Below, one piece after another: positions 1 to 9,471 of a DNA stretch of 64,000 nucleotides (the first letter of the stretch is position 1; each line of letters begins with the position of its first letter). A program made the translations under genes and the position numbers. The stretch is from positions 1,812 to 65,811 of the forward strand of contig CASFRS010000027.1 in assembly GCA_949297125.1 (NCBI GenBank). The letters are read 5' to 3'. Source of the stretch: an uncultured Bacteroidales bacterium (lineage in GTDB: Bacteria; Bacteroidota; Bacteroidia; Bacteroidales; G3-4614). The notes under the pieces are model-generated. The model did no database searches, had not been told where the DNA came from, and saw only the letters and a list, made by a program, of their open reading frames with translations.

Positions 1-1889
1 CGCATCAGGAGAATTTCGCAACACCCGGAGAGAAACTGCGCGAAAAACTGAAACTCTTCGAGACCGCCGGTACGGTAATATATAATGCCGATGAAAAGGA
101 CGTTGCGGAAGCCATGGCCGCGTACAGCGGGAAGAAGCGGCTGGCCGGGTGGTCGCGCAGCAATGCGGCTGCGCCGGTATATGTTTCCCGCGTAGAGAAA
201 AAGAGCGATAGAACCGCCATAACGGTAGAGTATTCCGGTGAAAGCGTTTCATTCGAGATACCGTTTATAGAAGAGGCATCGGTAGTGAACGCCATACACT
301 GCGCCGTACTGATGTTGCTTTTGCATATCCCCGCCGACAGGATTTCCGCACGCATGCCGCACCTCGAACCAGTGGCCATGCGGCTTGAGGTGAAAGAGGG
401 AAAGAACGGGTGCACTATAATAAACGACACATACAATTCCGATATAAACTCGCTTGCAATCGCCCTCGATTTCCTCTCCCGCAGGGATACGTCGAAAGAG
501 ATGCCGCGGCGGGTGATACTCTCCGATATCCTGCAGTCCGCCTCCGACGATACGGCTCTCTATACGCAGGTTGCCGAAATGTTGTCGCGCAGCGGAGTCG
601 CGCATTTTGTAGGGATAGGCGAAAGACTTTATGCCAACCGCAGGCTTTTCCCCGCGGGGAGCGAGTTCTATACATCCGCGCGCGACTATATGGCATCGGG
701 AAGCACGGAACGGTACAGCGGCGAGTTGATACTTGTAAAAGGGGCGCGCAGCTTCATGTTCGATGAAATAAGCGATGCACTGTCGCTGAAGCGGCATGAA
801 ACAATACTTGAAATAGACCTCGATGCGCTTCTTGCCAACTACAACCATTACAGACAGAAACTTGAAAGCACAACCCGTATGATATGCATGGTGAAGGCTT
901 TCGGGTACGGGGCCGGTTCGTACGAACTTGCCAAGACGCTGCAGGATGCAGGGTGCGACTACGTTGCGGTGGCTGTGGCCGATGAAGGCGCCGAACTGCG
1001 CAAGGCCGGTATAACCATGCCGATAATGGTGATGAATCCCGAAATGGGGGCGTTCGATACCCTTTTCCGTTACAACCTCGAACCCGAGGTGTACAGTTTC
1101 AGGCTGTTGCAGGCATTGTCGCGGGCAGCCGAAGCGCAAGGAATAACCCGTTTTCCCGTACACATAAAGATAGACAGCGGGATGCACCGTCTCGGGTTTA
1201 CAAAGACCGACATCCCCGAACTTGCCCGGCGTCTTTCCGGCAACGCGGCATTGCTCCCGCGGTCGGTATTCTCGCATCTTGCCGGAAGCGACGACCCCAT
1301 GCTCGATGACTTTACCATGCAGCAGATAGAACTGTTTGCCGATTGTGCGGCAGAATTGCAGAAGAGCGTTCCCGTACCGATATTCCGCCATATACTGAAT
1401 ACGGCGGGCATATCGCGCTTCACCCGCTACCAGTACGAAGGGGTGCGGCTCGGCATTGGCCTATACGGCGTAGCTCCCTGCGACGGCGAAACGGGGCTGA
1501 GGTGTGTCTCCTCGCTGAAAAGCACCATATTGCAGATAAAGGAACTCCCTGCCGATGAAACGGTAGGATACGGCAGGAAGGGAAAACTTTTCCGACCCTC
1601 CCGCATAGCTGCGGTTCCGATAGGATACGCCGACGGTCTCGACCGGCATCTTGGCAACCGCAAGGGGGAGATGTTCGTAAACGGGAAACGCGCCCCGATA
1701 GTAGGCAATATCTGTATGGATGTTACAATGATTGATGTTACCGGCATAGAATGCGCCGAAGGGGATACGGTCGAGATATTCGGGCGGAACATACCTGTCG
1801 GGGAGCTGGCCGGGAAACTCGGGACAATACCGTACGAAATACTCACATCGGTGTCATCGCGCGTAAAGCGCGTGTATTACCGCGAATAG
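1..1889 (+). CDS. alr: Bifunctional MurF / alanine racemase (5' truncated by window edge)
   Basis: Frame is open from the window start (HQENF..EKLREKLKLF). MurF motifs INDTYNSD and ILVKGAR are followed by alanine racemase motifs MVKAFGYG (PLP Lys), HIKIDSGMHRLG, PIGYADG and GTIPYEILT. Confidence 0.95.
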   Translation, partial: HQENFATPGEKLREKLKLFETAGTVIYNADEKDVAEAMAAYSGKKRLAGWSRSNAAAPVYVSRVEKKSDRTAITVEYSGESVSFEIPFIEEASVVNAIHCAVLMLLLHIPADRISARMPHLEPVAMRLEVKEGKNGCTIINDTYNSDINSLAIALDFLSRRDTSKEMPRRVILSDILQSASDDTALYTQVAEMLSRSGVAHFVGIGERLYANRRLFPAGSEFYTSARDYMASGSTERYSGELILVKGARSFMFDEISDALSLKRHETILEIDLDALLANYNHYRQKLESTTRMICMVKAFGYGAGSYELAKTLQDAGCDYVAVAVADEGAELRKAGITMPIMVMNPEMGAFDTLFRYNLEPEVYSFRLLQALSRAAEAQGITRFPVHIKIDSGMHRLGFTKTDIPELARRLSGNAALLPRSVFSHLAGSDDPMLDDFTMQQIELFADCAAELQKSVPVPIFRHILNTAGISRFTRYQYEGVRLGIGLYGVAPCDGETGLRCVSSLKSTILQIKELPADETVGYGRKGKLFRPSRIAAVPIGYADGLDRHLGNRKGEMFVNGKRAPIVGNICMDVTMIDVTGIECAEGDTVEIFGRNIPVGELAGKLGTIPYEILTSVSSRVKRVYYRE

Positions 1890-1898
1890 CAGCAGGAC

Positions 1899-2891
1899 AT
1901 GGCGGAAGAGATTGCCGGTACAGACAACCTCCGGGCCCTTATGAATGAACTGGGGAAGAAATGCGAGCCGTTCCTGTTCCTTATAGACTATCGCATGGAG
2001 AAGGGGGTTGTGCTCCCCCTGGCCGACATGCCGGGCAGCGGGCTGGCATGCTGTATAGGTGAGAAGAGTTACGGGTCGCTCCCCGAATATGGCGCAATAC
2101 GTACGGAGATAAATATCGAACCGGTCGCCATGGCCGAATATGCTGCGGCGTTCGGCAATGTGGCGGATAAAATAAGGCGGGGCGATTCGTATCTGGTAAA
2201 CCTTACGTTCAGGACGCCGATAGGGCGGCATGTGGACATGGCACACGTTTTCAGGCACGCTTCTGCTCCGTACCGTTTCCTGTGGCCCGACAGGTTCGTC
2301 TTCTTCTCCCCCGAAAGTTTTGTAAGGATAGATGCCGGCGGCACCATAAGGTCGTACCCGATGAAAGGGACGGCCGACGCCTCGCTCCCTGACGCAGAGA
2401 ACCGGTTGCTGTCGGATTACAAGGAGAGGTGCGAGCACAATACGATAGTGGACCTTATCAGGAACGACCTGTCGGCGGTGGCGGATAACGTAAGGGTCGG
2501 CCGTTTCCGGTATATTGAAAAGATAAGGACGCATAGAGGGGAACTGCTCCAGAGCAGTTCCGAAGTCTCCGGCCGCCTGCCGCACGGGTGGCGGAACAGG
2601 CTGGGCGACATAATCTTCGCCCTGCTGCCGGCCGGGAGCATAAGCGGCGCACCCAAACGGCGTACTGTTGAAATAATAGAGGAGAGCGAGACCGCCCCTC
2701 GCGGCTACTATACCGGAGTAATGGGCGTTTATGAAAACGGCGGGCTGGAGAGTTGCGTGGCGATACGCTTTATTGAAAAGGATGCCTCGGGGGAGTACTA
2801 TTATCGCAGCGGCGGAGGGATAACTTCGTGCAGCATAATGGAGAACGAGTATGAAGAAATGCTTGGCAAGATATATGTGCCGATTGTTTGA
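1899..2891 (+). CDS. pabB: Aminodeoxychorismate synthase component I
   Basis: Chorismate-binding motifs SPESF, PMKGT, KERCEHNTIVDLIRNDL, PAGSISGAPK, SGGGIT. Confidence 0.92.
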   Translation: MAEEIAGTDNLRALMNELGKKCEPFLFLIDYRMEKGVVLPLADMPGSGLACCIGEKSYGSLPEYGAIRTEINIEPVAMAEYAAAFGNVADKIRRGDSYLVNLTFRTPIGRHVDMAHVFRHASAPYRFLWPDRFVFFSPESFVRIDAGGTIRSYPMKGTADASLPDAENRLLSDYKERCEHNTIVDLIRNDLSAVADNVRVGRFRYIEKIRTHRGELLQSSSEVSGRLPHGWRNRLGDIIFALLPAGSISGAPKRRTVEIIEESETAPRGYYTGVMGVYENGGLESCVAIRFIEKDASGEYYYRSGGGITSCSIMENEYEEMLGKIYVPIV

Positions 2892-3453
2892 AACCATACG
2901 CATAGAGAACGGCGGGGCCGTTTCGCTCTGTTGGCATCAGCGGAGGGTGGCGGAGGTTTCCGCGGTTGAACTGGCCCCGTATATATCGCGGCTGTTCCTG
3001 CCGGCAGAAGGGGTGTACAAGTTGCGTATCGATTACGATGCCCGGAACGGTATAACGGGAAGCACCCTGCGGGAATATGCGGCTAGGCCGGTAAGGACGC
3101 TGAAGAAGGTGCGCTGCGATACTGTATCGTATCCACGCAAGTATGCCGTGCGGGATGTGCTGGACGAACTTCGCGCCATGCGCGGCGGTTGCGACGACGT
3201 GCTGATAATAAAGGATGGCTGTGTTACGGACGTTTCGTATGCCAATATCCTGTTTTCGGAAAACGGGAAATGGTATACGCCCGATACCCCGCTGTTGCCG
3301 GGTACATGCAGGGCGCGGCTGTTGTCCGAAGGCGCGGTATGCGAGAGGAGGATAACAGAGGCGGATATATGCTTGTACGATATGGCGATGCTGGTAAATG
3401 CCATGCTCCCTTTCGATGAGGCGCGCGCCTTCCCCGTTTCGGGGATTATCTGA
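2875..3453 (+). CDS. pabC: 4-amino-4-deoxychorismate lyase (aminotransferase class IV)
   Basis: LFETIRI start and DTPLLPGTCRARLL motif; overlaps the pabB end; ATG at 2875 chosen. Confidence 0.85.
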   Translation: MCRLFETIRIENGGAVSLCWHQRRVAEVSAVELAPYISRLFLPAEGVYKLRIDYDARNGITGSTLREYAARPVRTLKKVRCDTVSYPRKYAVRDVLDELRAMRGGCDDVLIIKDGCVTDVSYANILFSENGKWYTPDTPLLPGTCRARLLSEGAVCERRITEADICLYDMAMLVNAMLPFDEARAFPVSGII

Positions 3454-4447
3454 AAGTGGTCCTGCGCTTGAGGTAGTAGTCCGTTACTATATTCCGCCGC
3501 GATTCGGGCAGCATGTTCATTATATTCCTTTCCGGCTGGCAGGAATACCTGCCTTTCTCCCTTTCAAAATCGCGGTGGGCCTTCCATACGGCCTTTACTC
3601 CGGCAAAATCCAGTTTTGCGGCAAACATTGCGGCAGCAGCACCGTCCAGCAGTTTCCTCCGCCTTATTATGCAGCGCCCCTCCTTCAACGGCAGGTTTTT
3701 ATAGAGCATGAAAAGGTTGTTCCTGAAATTCAGGTATGTTTTCCGGGGATTTCCGGCCGCGAGCGTGCCTCCCCCCACATGGTACACGGTACTTTGCGGC
3801 ACGGTGCAGACCTTTTTCCCGAGCAGGTTGAGCCTCCAGCAGAGGTCTATTTCTTCCATGTGCGCAAAGAAACCGGTATCCAGGCCTCCCGCTTTTATAT
3901 AGTCGGCCCGCCGTACGAGCATCGCAGCCCCCGATACCCAGAATACCTGCTTTACTTCTCCGTCGTACTGTCCGAAGTCCTGCTCAACCGTGCCGAATAT
4001 CCTGCCCCGGCAGAACGGATATCCGTTGCGGTCGAGATATCCGCCCGCCGCCCCGGCATATTCAAAACGCCCTTTGTCGGCATAAGCCTTTATCTTCGGC
4101 TGGCATGCGGCAATGTCTTTGTCCTTCTCCATCGTTTCCAGCATTGGCGAAAGCCAGTTGCCGGTAACCTCAACGTCGGAGTTGAGCAGCAGTATGTATT
4201 CGTAGTCCCGCAACTTCTCTACGGCAAGGTTGTACCCCCCTGCATACCCGTAGTTCCTGTCGTAAAGGAGGCGTATGACGGAAGGGTATTCCTCTCCGAG
4301 CCATTCGGCCGAGCCGTCGGTCGAACCGTTGTCGGCGACAACCACGTCGGCCAGCCCGGCATCCGAATGCCTGACAACGGACGGCAGGAACTTCTGCATC
4401 AGTTCCCGTCCGTTCCAGTTCATGATTACAACGGCAATCTTTTTCAT
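3446..4447 (-). CDS. Glycosyltransferase family 2
   Basis: VIMNWNG, ADNGSTDGS, NYGYAGGYN, LLNSDVEV, HMEEIDLCWR; ATGA overlap with the upstream acyltransferase. Confidence 0.92.
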   Translation of the reverse strand: MKKIAVVIMNWNGRELMQKFLPSVVRHSDAGLADVVVADNGSTDGSAEWLGEEYPSVIRLLYDRNYGYAGGYNLAVEKLRDYEYILLLNSDVEVTGNWLSPMLETMEKDKDIAACQPKIKAYADKGRFEYAGAAGGYLDRNGYPFCRGRIFGTVEQDFGQYDGEVKQVFWVSGAAMLVRRADYIKAGGLDTGFFAHMEEIDLCWRLNLLGKKVCTVPQSTVYHVGGGTLAAGNPRKTYLNFRNNLFMLYKNLPLKEGRCIIRRRKLLDGAAAAMFAAKLDFAGVKAVWKAHRDFEREKGRYSCQPERNIMNMLPESRRNIVTDYYLKRRTTFR

Positions 4448-5349
4448 CGGTCGAGACGTTTGTGTTTCCACCTGTTATGTGTCCACAGCCAGTATTCCGG
4501 TGCCCGCTCAATGGTTTTTTCCATGCGGCGCACATATATTTCGGTCAGTTCAAAGTCCTTGTATTCGGCAGGATTCTTGGTGATAAGGTCGAAAACTATC
4601 TTGTAGTACCCCCTTTTCACTTTTATGACGTCCGTATAGATAAGCGTACATTTCAGTTTCTTGGCAATCCTTTCTATCCCTGTCAGGACGGGCGTGTCCT
4701 TGTGGTTCAGGAATTCGGTCCAGTAGTAGATGTTGGCGCGCGAAGGCGTCTGGTCGGCCATAAACCCTATCACCGCAGGGATATTGTCCCTTTTGTAGCG
4801 GATCATTTCGCGCAGGACATCCCGTTTTGGGATGTTTACCGTACCGAAGCGTGAGCGGAGTTTCAGGAAGAAAGCATCGAACCATTTGTTGTTAAGGGGC
4901 CGGTAAACTTCTCCCAATGCGGCATTTTCAGGAGCATCGAGCCAAATCTTTATGGACGGGATGTATTCCCAGTTTCCGAAGTGCCCGAGCATCAGGATAA
5001 CCTGCTCGCGGTTGTCGACCGATTCCTGAAGCAATCCGATATTGACCATTTCAAACCGTTTCCTTACGCTTTTGTCCGAAACGTGCAGCAACTTGACCGT
5101 CTCTACCGCATAATCGCACAAGTGCCGGTAAAAAGCCTTCTCCATGCGCTTTATCTCGCTGTCGCTCTTGTCGGGAAACGATGCCCGCATGTTCTCGAAT
5201 ACCAGCTTGCGGCGGTACTTGACAATATAGAACAGCGGGAAAAACAGCAGGTCCGACAGAATGTAAAGGATTCTGAACGGGAGCATTGCCAGCAGCAGCA
5301 GAAGCGCATACAACGGAGCGTACAATATGTTTTCCTTGTTGGGTTTCAT
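4444..5349 (-). CDS. Lipid A biosynthesis (LpxL/HtrB-family) acyltransferase
   Basis: GHFGNWE, ADQTP, PEYWLWTHNRWK motifs; N-terminal TM helix. Confidence 0.9.
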   Translation of the reverse strand: MKPNKENILYAPLYALLLLLAMLPFRILYILSDLLFFPLFYIVKYRRKLVFENMRASFPDKSDSEIKRMEKAFYRHLCDYAVETVKLLHVSDKSVRKRFEMVNIGLLQESVDNREQVILMLGHFGNWEYIPSIKIWLDAPENAALGEVYRPLNNKWFDAFFLKLRSRFGTVNIPKRDVLREMIRYKRDNIPAVIGFMADQTPSRANIYYWTEFLNHKDTPVLTGIERIAKKLKCTLIYTDVIKVKRGYYKIVFDLITKNPAEYKDFELTEIYVRRMEKTIERAPEYWLWTHNRWKHKRLDR

Positions 5350-5352
5350 AAT

Positions 5353-6678
5353 TCAGACAAGCAGTTCTCCTACGGTAAGGGCGGTGCGGTTTTCGTTGAA
5401 ATCGCCGAGGCGGACCATTGCGGTACGGTTTACAAGCGATTTGTCATACGGAAGTTCCACGCGGATGTAATTGTCGGTAAATCCGTGCATCGGGGCCCCT
5501 TTTGCCGGTTTCTCGAACAGGACCTCCCGCGTTTTCCCGCGTTGCGAGGAGTAGAAACCGAGCCGCTTCGATTCGGAGAGTTTCAACATCAAATCGCATC
5601 TTTCGTTTTTTACATCGGGCGGTACAACCGGGCCGATATCGAGGGCTTTCGTCCCCGGACGTTCCGAATAGGTGAAAACATGGAGTTGCGATATGTCGAG
5701 CATCTCGGCCGTAGCGTAGCTTTCGGCAAAAAGCCTGTCCGTCTCGCCCCGCATGCCTACTATAATATCCACACCTATGAAGGCGTCGGGCATAACGCTC
5801 TTTATCTTCTCTATCTTGTCGCAGAAAAGAGCCTTGTCGTAATGCCTGCGCATGATTTTCAGCATCTCGTCGCTGCCCGATTGCAGCGGTATATGGAAAT
5901 GGGGGGCTATCCGTTCCGATTTTGCGATGAATCCGATAAGTTCGTCCGAAAGCAGGTCGGGTTCTATCGATGAAATCCTGAACCTTTCTATGCCGGCTAC
6001 AGCGTCGAGAGCCTTTATGAGGTCCGTGAAACTCTCCCCCGTACTTTTACCGAAGTCGCCAATGTTCACGCCGGTCAGGACAATCTCCTTCCCCCCTTCT
6101 GCTGCGACCCCCTCGGCCTGTTTTACGATTGAGCCGATAGAACCGTTGCGGCTTCGGCCCCTTGCCAGGGGAATTGTGCAGTATGAGCAGAAGTAGTCGC
6201 ACCCGTCCTGCACTTTCAGAAAATACCTTGTCCGGTCGTCCCTTGAACAGGAAGGGACGAAGTTCCTTATATCCTTGAACTGCGATGTCTCGACATGAAC
6301 CGACTCCCGATTGTTGAAGAACTCCTCTATCTTTTCTGCAACAGAGCCTTTCTCGGCAGTGCCGAGCACAAGGTTTACGCCGTCTATTTCCGTGATATCG
6401 CCCGGTTTGAGCTGGGCATAGCATCCTGTAACCACGATATATGCGCCGGGATTCTGCCGGATGATGCGGCGGATTGCCTGACGGCTTTTCTTGTCGGCTA
6501 TTTCGGTAACCGAGCAGCTGTTTATTACGCATATGTCGGCCTTCTCTCCCGGGCGGACCTTGCGGATACCCATATCGGCGAGGCTCCGGCCGATAGCGGA
6601 AGTCTCGGCAAAGTTCAGTTTGCACCCTAATGTGTAAAAGGCGGCTTTCTTGTCTTTGAACAGCGCCGGATCGGTCAT
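5353..6678 (-). CDS. mtaB: tRNA t6A37 methylthiotransferase MtaB (radical SAM)
   Basis: TLGCKLNFAET, NSCSVT, KVQDGCDYFCSYCTIP (CxxxCxxC), HFHIPLQSGSD, LHVFTYSERPGT. Confidence 0.95.
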   Translation of the reverse strand: MTDPALFKDKKAAFYTLGCKLNFAETSAIGRSLADMGIRKVRPGEKADICVINSCSVTEIADKKSRQAIRRIIRQNPGAYIVVTGCYAQLKPGDITEIDGVNLVLGTAEKGSVAEKIEEFFNNRESVHVETSQFKDIRNFVPSCSRDDRTRYFLKVQDGCDYFCSYCTIPLARGRSRNGSIGSIVKQAEGVAAEGGKEIVLTGVNIGDFGKSTGESFTDLIKALDAVAGIERFRISSIEPDLLSDELIGFIAKSERIAPHFHIPLQSGSDEMLKIMRRHYDKALFCDKIEKIKSVMPDAFIGVDIIVGMRGETDRLFAESYATAEMLDISQLHVFTYSERPGTKALDIGPVVPPDVKNERCDLMLKLSESKRLGFYSSQRGKTREVLFEKPAKGAPMHGFTDNYIRVELPYDKSLVNRTAMVRLGDFNENRTALTVGELLV

Positions 6679-6993
6679 CTTAAAAACATGAAGTTAACAA
6701 AGTGCGAAGATAATATATAGGAGAGGCAAAAACAAATCCATATCCACCCTTTGTTTGACCTCTCTTCCATTCCTTACAGGTAAACTTCCCTCCCCCGTAA
6801 TATTGGAATGGTATACAGTTGCGCCCTTTTGACCCCGTACTTCCGGCCCTTGCAATGATGAAGGGAGAATATCCCCTGCCGCCGCTTGGAAAGGCGTCGG
6901 TTTCACCGGTTGTAAAACGCAGTCGTTACGAAACAGCGGGCGAAACGGATTCCTGCCATTGTTGCGATAAGCACCGGCGTGCAAGCCCTTTTG

Positions 6994-8013
6994 TCATAAC
7001 TGCAAGGTCTCTTTTAAATGCTTGTAATCACGTTTCATCTCATCGGTGTTGCTGACCACCCTTTGCCTCGGCATAAAGGAGAATTCGTCTTCATAATTGC
7101 CCTTGATGCAGTTCTCTATAATACATGATTGCAGTTTGTTGTATGTGGCCAGCCGGTAGTCGTCCCATGAGCCGTAACACTCCCGGTCAAACCAGTCTGT
7201 TTCAGTTATGCATATTTCCAGCAATCCAAGATAGAGGGCGCTCGCCAGCTGGCACCTGTCGCACCACCCGTACAGATTCGGGTTCTTCTTGCTGAAACCG
7301 CCGGGAATAACGGAAACCTTGACTATGTCTTTATCCGACACACGGTAGTCCTGCGTGAAAAGTATCTGGTTCTCCAACCGGATGATTGTGGGTACATCTT
7401 CGTAATGGAGCTTAATCTCCGTTTCGTAATCCAGAAGGAACCTTTCCAGCCCTATCCTCGTCATATTGAAATCTGTGGTCCAGTCGGAAAGGAAAGAACT
7501 GTAAGACCTCCTCCCGACAGATATCCCGTAAGGCGTGTTGCAACTGAACGGTTTCAGGAACTTGAATGAAAAGCGTTCAATCTCTATTTCGGTTTCTTTT
7601 ATCTGTGAATAGTTCCCCGGGATGGACAAATCTTTCAGCCCGGCCATTATATTCTCTGCCGTAACTTTCCCGAACGCCCTGTATGCGGTCCGTTCCCCTT
7701 GCAAGACGGCGCCGCACAGTTCTCCGAGAGCCTGAAGTGCGGACCCGATGAAATCTTCTCTGTCGAAAGCCGTCCTGTACAGGCCTCTCGCATCGTCGTT
7801 GAAACACCCGTATACCTTATCCGGGAATATCAGGAAATATGCGCTTATTCCTTTGCCGAAATAATTTTTCCTGGAGCAATCCCAAAAAATATTGTACAGC
7901 GAAAAAGGATTGACGGCAATATCTCTTCCGCCCAGCCCGAGCCATATTGCCGGTAATCCCGTCTCTTTGTCTGTCCTGAATTCAAAATACTTTTTCCCTT
8001 TCATCTTCCTCAA
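6994..8013 (-). CDS. Hypothetical protein
   Basis: 339-aa ORF overlapping the upstream gene on the same strand; no motif recognised; start could be ATG at 8004. Confidence 0.75.
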   Translation of the reverse strand: MRKMKGKKYFEFRTDKETGLPAIWLGLGGRDIAVNPFSLYNIFWDCSRKNYFGKGISAYFLIFPDKVYGCFNDDARGLYRTAFDREDFIGSALQALGELCGAVLQGERTAYRAFGKVTAENIMAGLKDLSIPGNYSQIKETEIEIERFSFKFLKPFSCNTPYGISVGRRSYSSFLSDWTTDFNMTRIGLERFLLDYETEIKLHYEDVPTIIRLENQILFTQDYRVSDKDIVKVSVIPGGFSKKNPNLYGWCDRCQLASALYLGLLEICITETDWFDRECYGSWDDYRLATYNKLQSCIIENCIKGNYEDEFSFMPRQRVVSNTDEMKRDYKHLKETLQL

Positions 8014-8926
8014 GCGGTTCTATTATTGCGTCTTCAAGTTCTACAATATACCCTTTCAGGTTTTTCCTGTTTTTGCCGTCAGCGTCAATGTCGCATTCCC
8101 AGCCGTCGGCGTGTTGCAGTTCTTCCGTCCAGGTCGCCTTGTCGTGATACCCGATACGCGGTTTGCCTCCGCAAAATCCATATTCGGCAAATATCCGTGT
8201 TACGGTACCGGTCAAACCGTGGGTTTCGTCTCCATGGTGCTCTTCTTCCATGTCGATGATTATTCCGTGTGCGTTTTTGTAATTTTGCGGCATTATGCAA
8301 CACCATTCCACCGTTTCCCCAACGGAAAAGTCCAGACCGCAGCATTGCAGTTGCCATGCTTCATAATAGACTGTGCACCGCTCCATTATTGTCTTTTCCG
8401 TTATTTTGCGGCGGGAAATCATTTTTTGAAGGCAAACTGTTTCTTCGAGAATATCTGTGCAGCATGAACGGTTGCTCCGTATCCCTTCGCAGTAGTTCGC
8501 TATGCGGAGCAGCGCCGTCAGCGGAAATTCCGAGCCGTCCTGCCACGAACACCGGTAGCCCTCCAGTCCGAAAGCATTCAGGACCCTGAACCCTTCATCG
8601 GCAACGACCCGGACAAAATCCCCGAGCAAAACCTCCCCGTGCCGGTCTGTGCCGCAAACACCGCAATCTGAAATGCAGATATCGAGTCTGTCCCTGCCGG
8701 CAAGGTTAAGTTCGATATACAGCGTGCCGGGCTCTTTCTCCCACCGGAGACAGTATTGTTCCGCCCCGTCCGTTAAACCTGCACATGCATCTATCAGCGA
8801 AGCCATCGGGTTTGCTCCGATATAGCTGGCATTAAAGTGCAGGCTTTTTCCGTTTAAGGACAAGCCCGCGTTGCACCATCCGGATGACATATCGTGTATG
8901 CGAAATTTGAAAACCCCTTTTTCCAT
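7982..8926 (-). CDS. Hypothetical protein with C-terminal DUF6578-like segment
   Basis: 314-aa ATG ORF; segment VYYEAWQLQCCGLDFSVGETVEW...EEHH resembles the DUF6578 pattern (from recall). Confidence 0.7.
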   Translation of the reverse strand: MEKGVFKFRIHDMSSGWCNAGLSLNGKSLHFNASYIGANPMASLIDACAGLTDGAEQYCLRWEKEPGTLYIELNLAGRDRLDICISDCGVCGTDRHGEVLLGDFVRVVADEGFRVLNAFGLEGYRCSWQDGSEFPLTALLRIANYCEGIRSNRSCCTDILEETVCLQKMISRRKITEKTIMERCTVYYEAWQLQCCGLDFSVGETVEWCCIMPQNYKNAHGIIIDMEEEHHGDETHGLTGTVTRIFAEYGFCGGKPRIGYHDKATWTEELQHADGWECDIDADGKNRKNLKGYIVELEDAIIEPLEEDEREKVF

Positions 8927-8968
8927 GCTGTAATATACTGAATTATACGGTCGGTCGCAATTTGATTC

Positions 8969-9133
8969 TTATGCCCCCTCCCTGCCATTTACATTCCGGA
9001 TAATACTGCAAATCTGCTCCGGCGCTTTCAATGCAATACGCGACATGCCGCAATTATGTGCGGCTATGGTTTCTCCGGCAACCTCTATGTCGCGGATAGA
9101 GAATTCTTCTTGGAAATTTTTAACCGTTCTCAT
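8969..9133 (-). CDS. Small hypothetical ORF (54 aa, MRTVKNFQEEFSIRDIEVAGE...)
   Basis: Translated manually; below the ORF-track cut-off; about 45 nt downstream of TACTTTTG (-7 box, 9179-9186 minus) and directly upstream of 7982-8926. Confidence 0.4.
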   Translation of the reverse strand: MRTVKNFQEEFSIRDIEVAGETIAAHNCGMSRIALKAPEQICSIIRNVNGREGA

Positions 9134-9425
9134 TGTCTGTCAGAATTAAGAAAGTGGTTTGTCCTGGATATATGCGCACAAAAGTAATTGCCGGATATGC
9201 AAAATGTTCGCACATGTACGGAAGAAACTTTGCTGTGGAAATAGTTATATTTGTGTGTAAAATGAACCATGGCAAGATGAAAAAGTTTTTGACAGCGCTC
9301 TCTTTGATAACCGTTCTGCCGGTTTCGCAGTATGTATACGGGCGGTACGCGGCACCGGCAACACTGAAAAACGATATAAGGTATTATATTCCCATTAAAA
9401 AAAGTTGTCGTGTAAAAAAATAGAT

Positions 9426-9433
9426 TATATTTG
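9426..9433 (+). promoter_or_regulatory. Bacteroidetes sigmaA -7 element TATATTTG for fadD
   Basis: Matches TAnnTTTG about 40 nt upstream of ATG 9472. Confidence 0.65.
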
Positions 9434-9471
9434 CATTCGGCATATGTAAATTCTGCAAATGTTTTTCCGTT

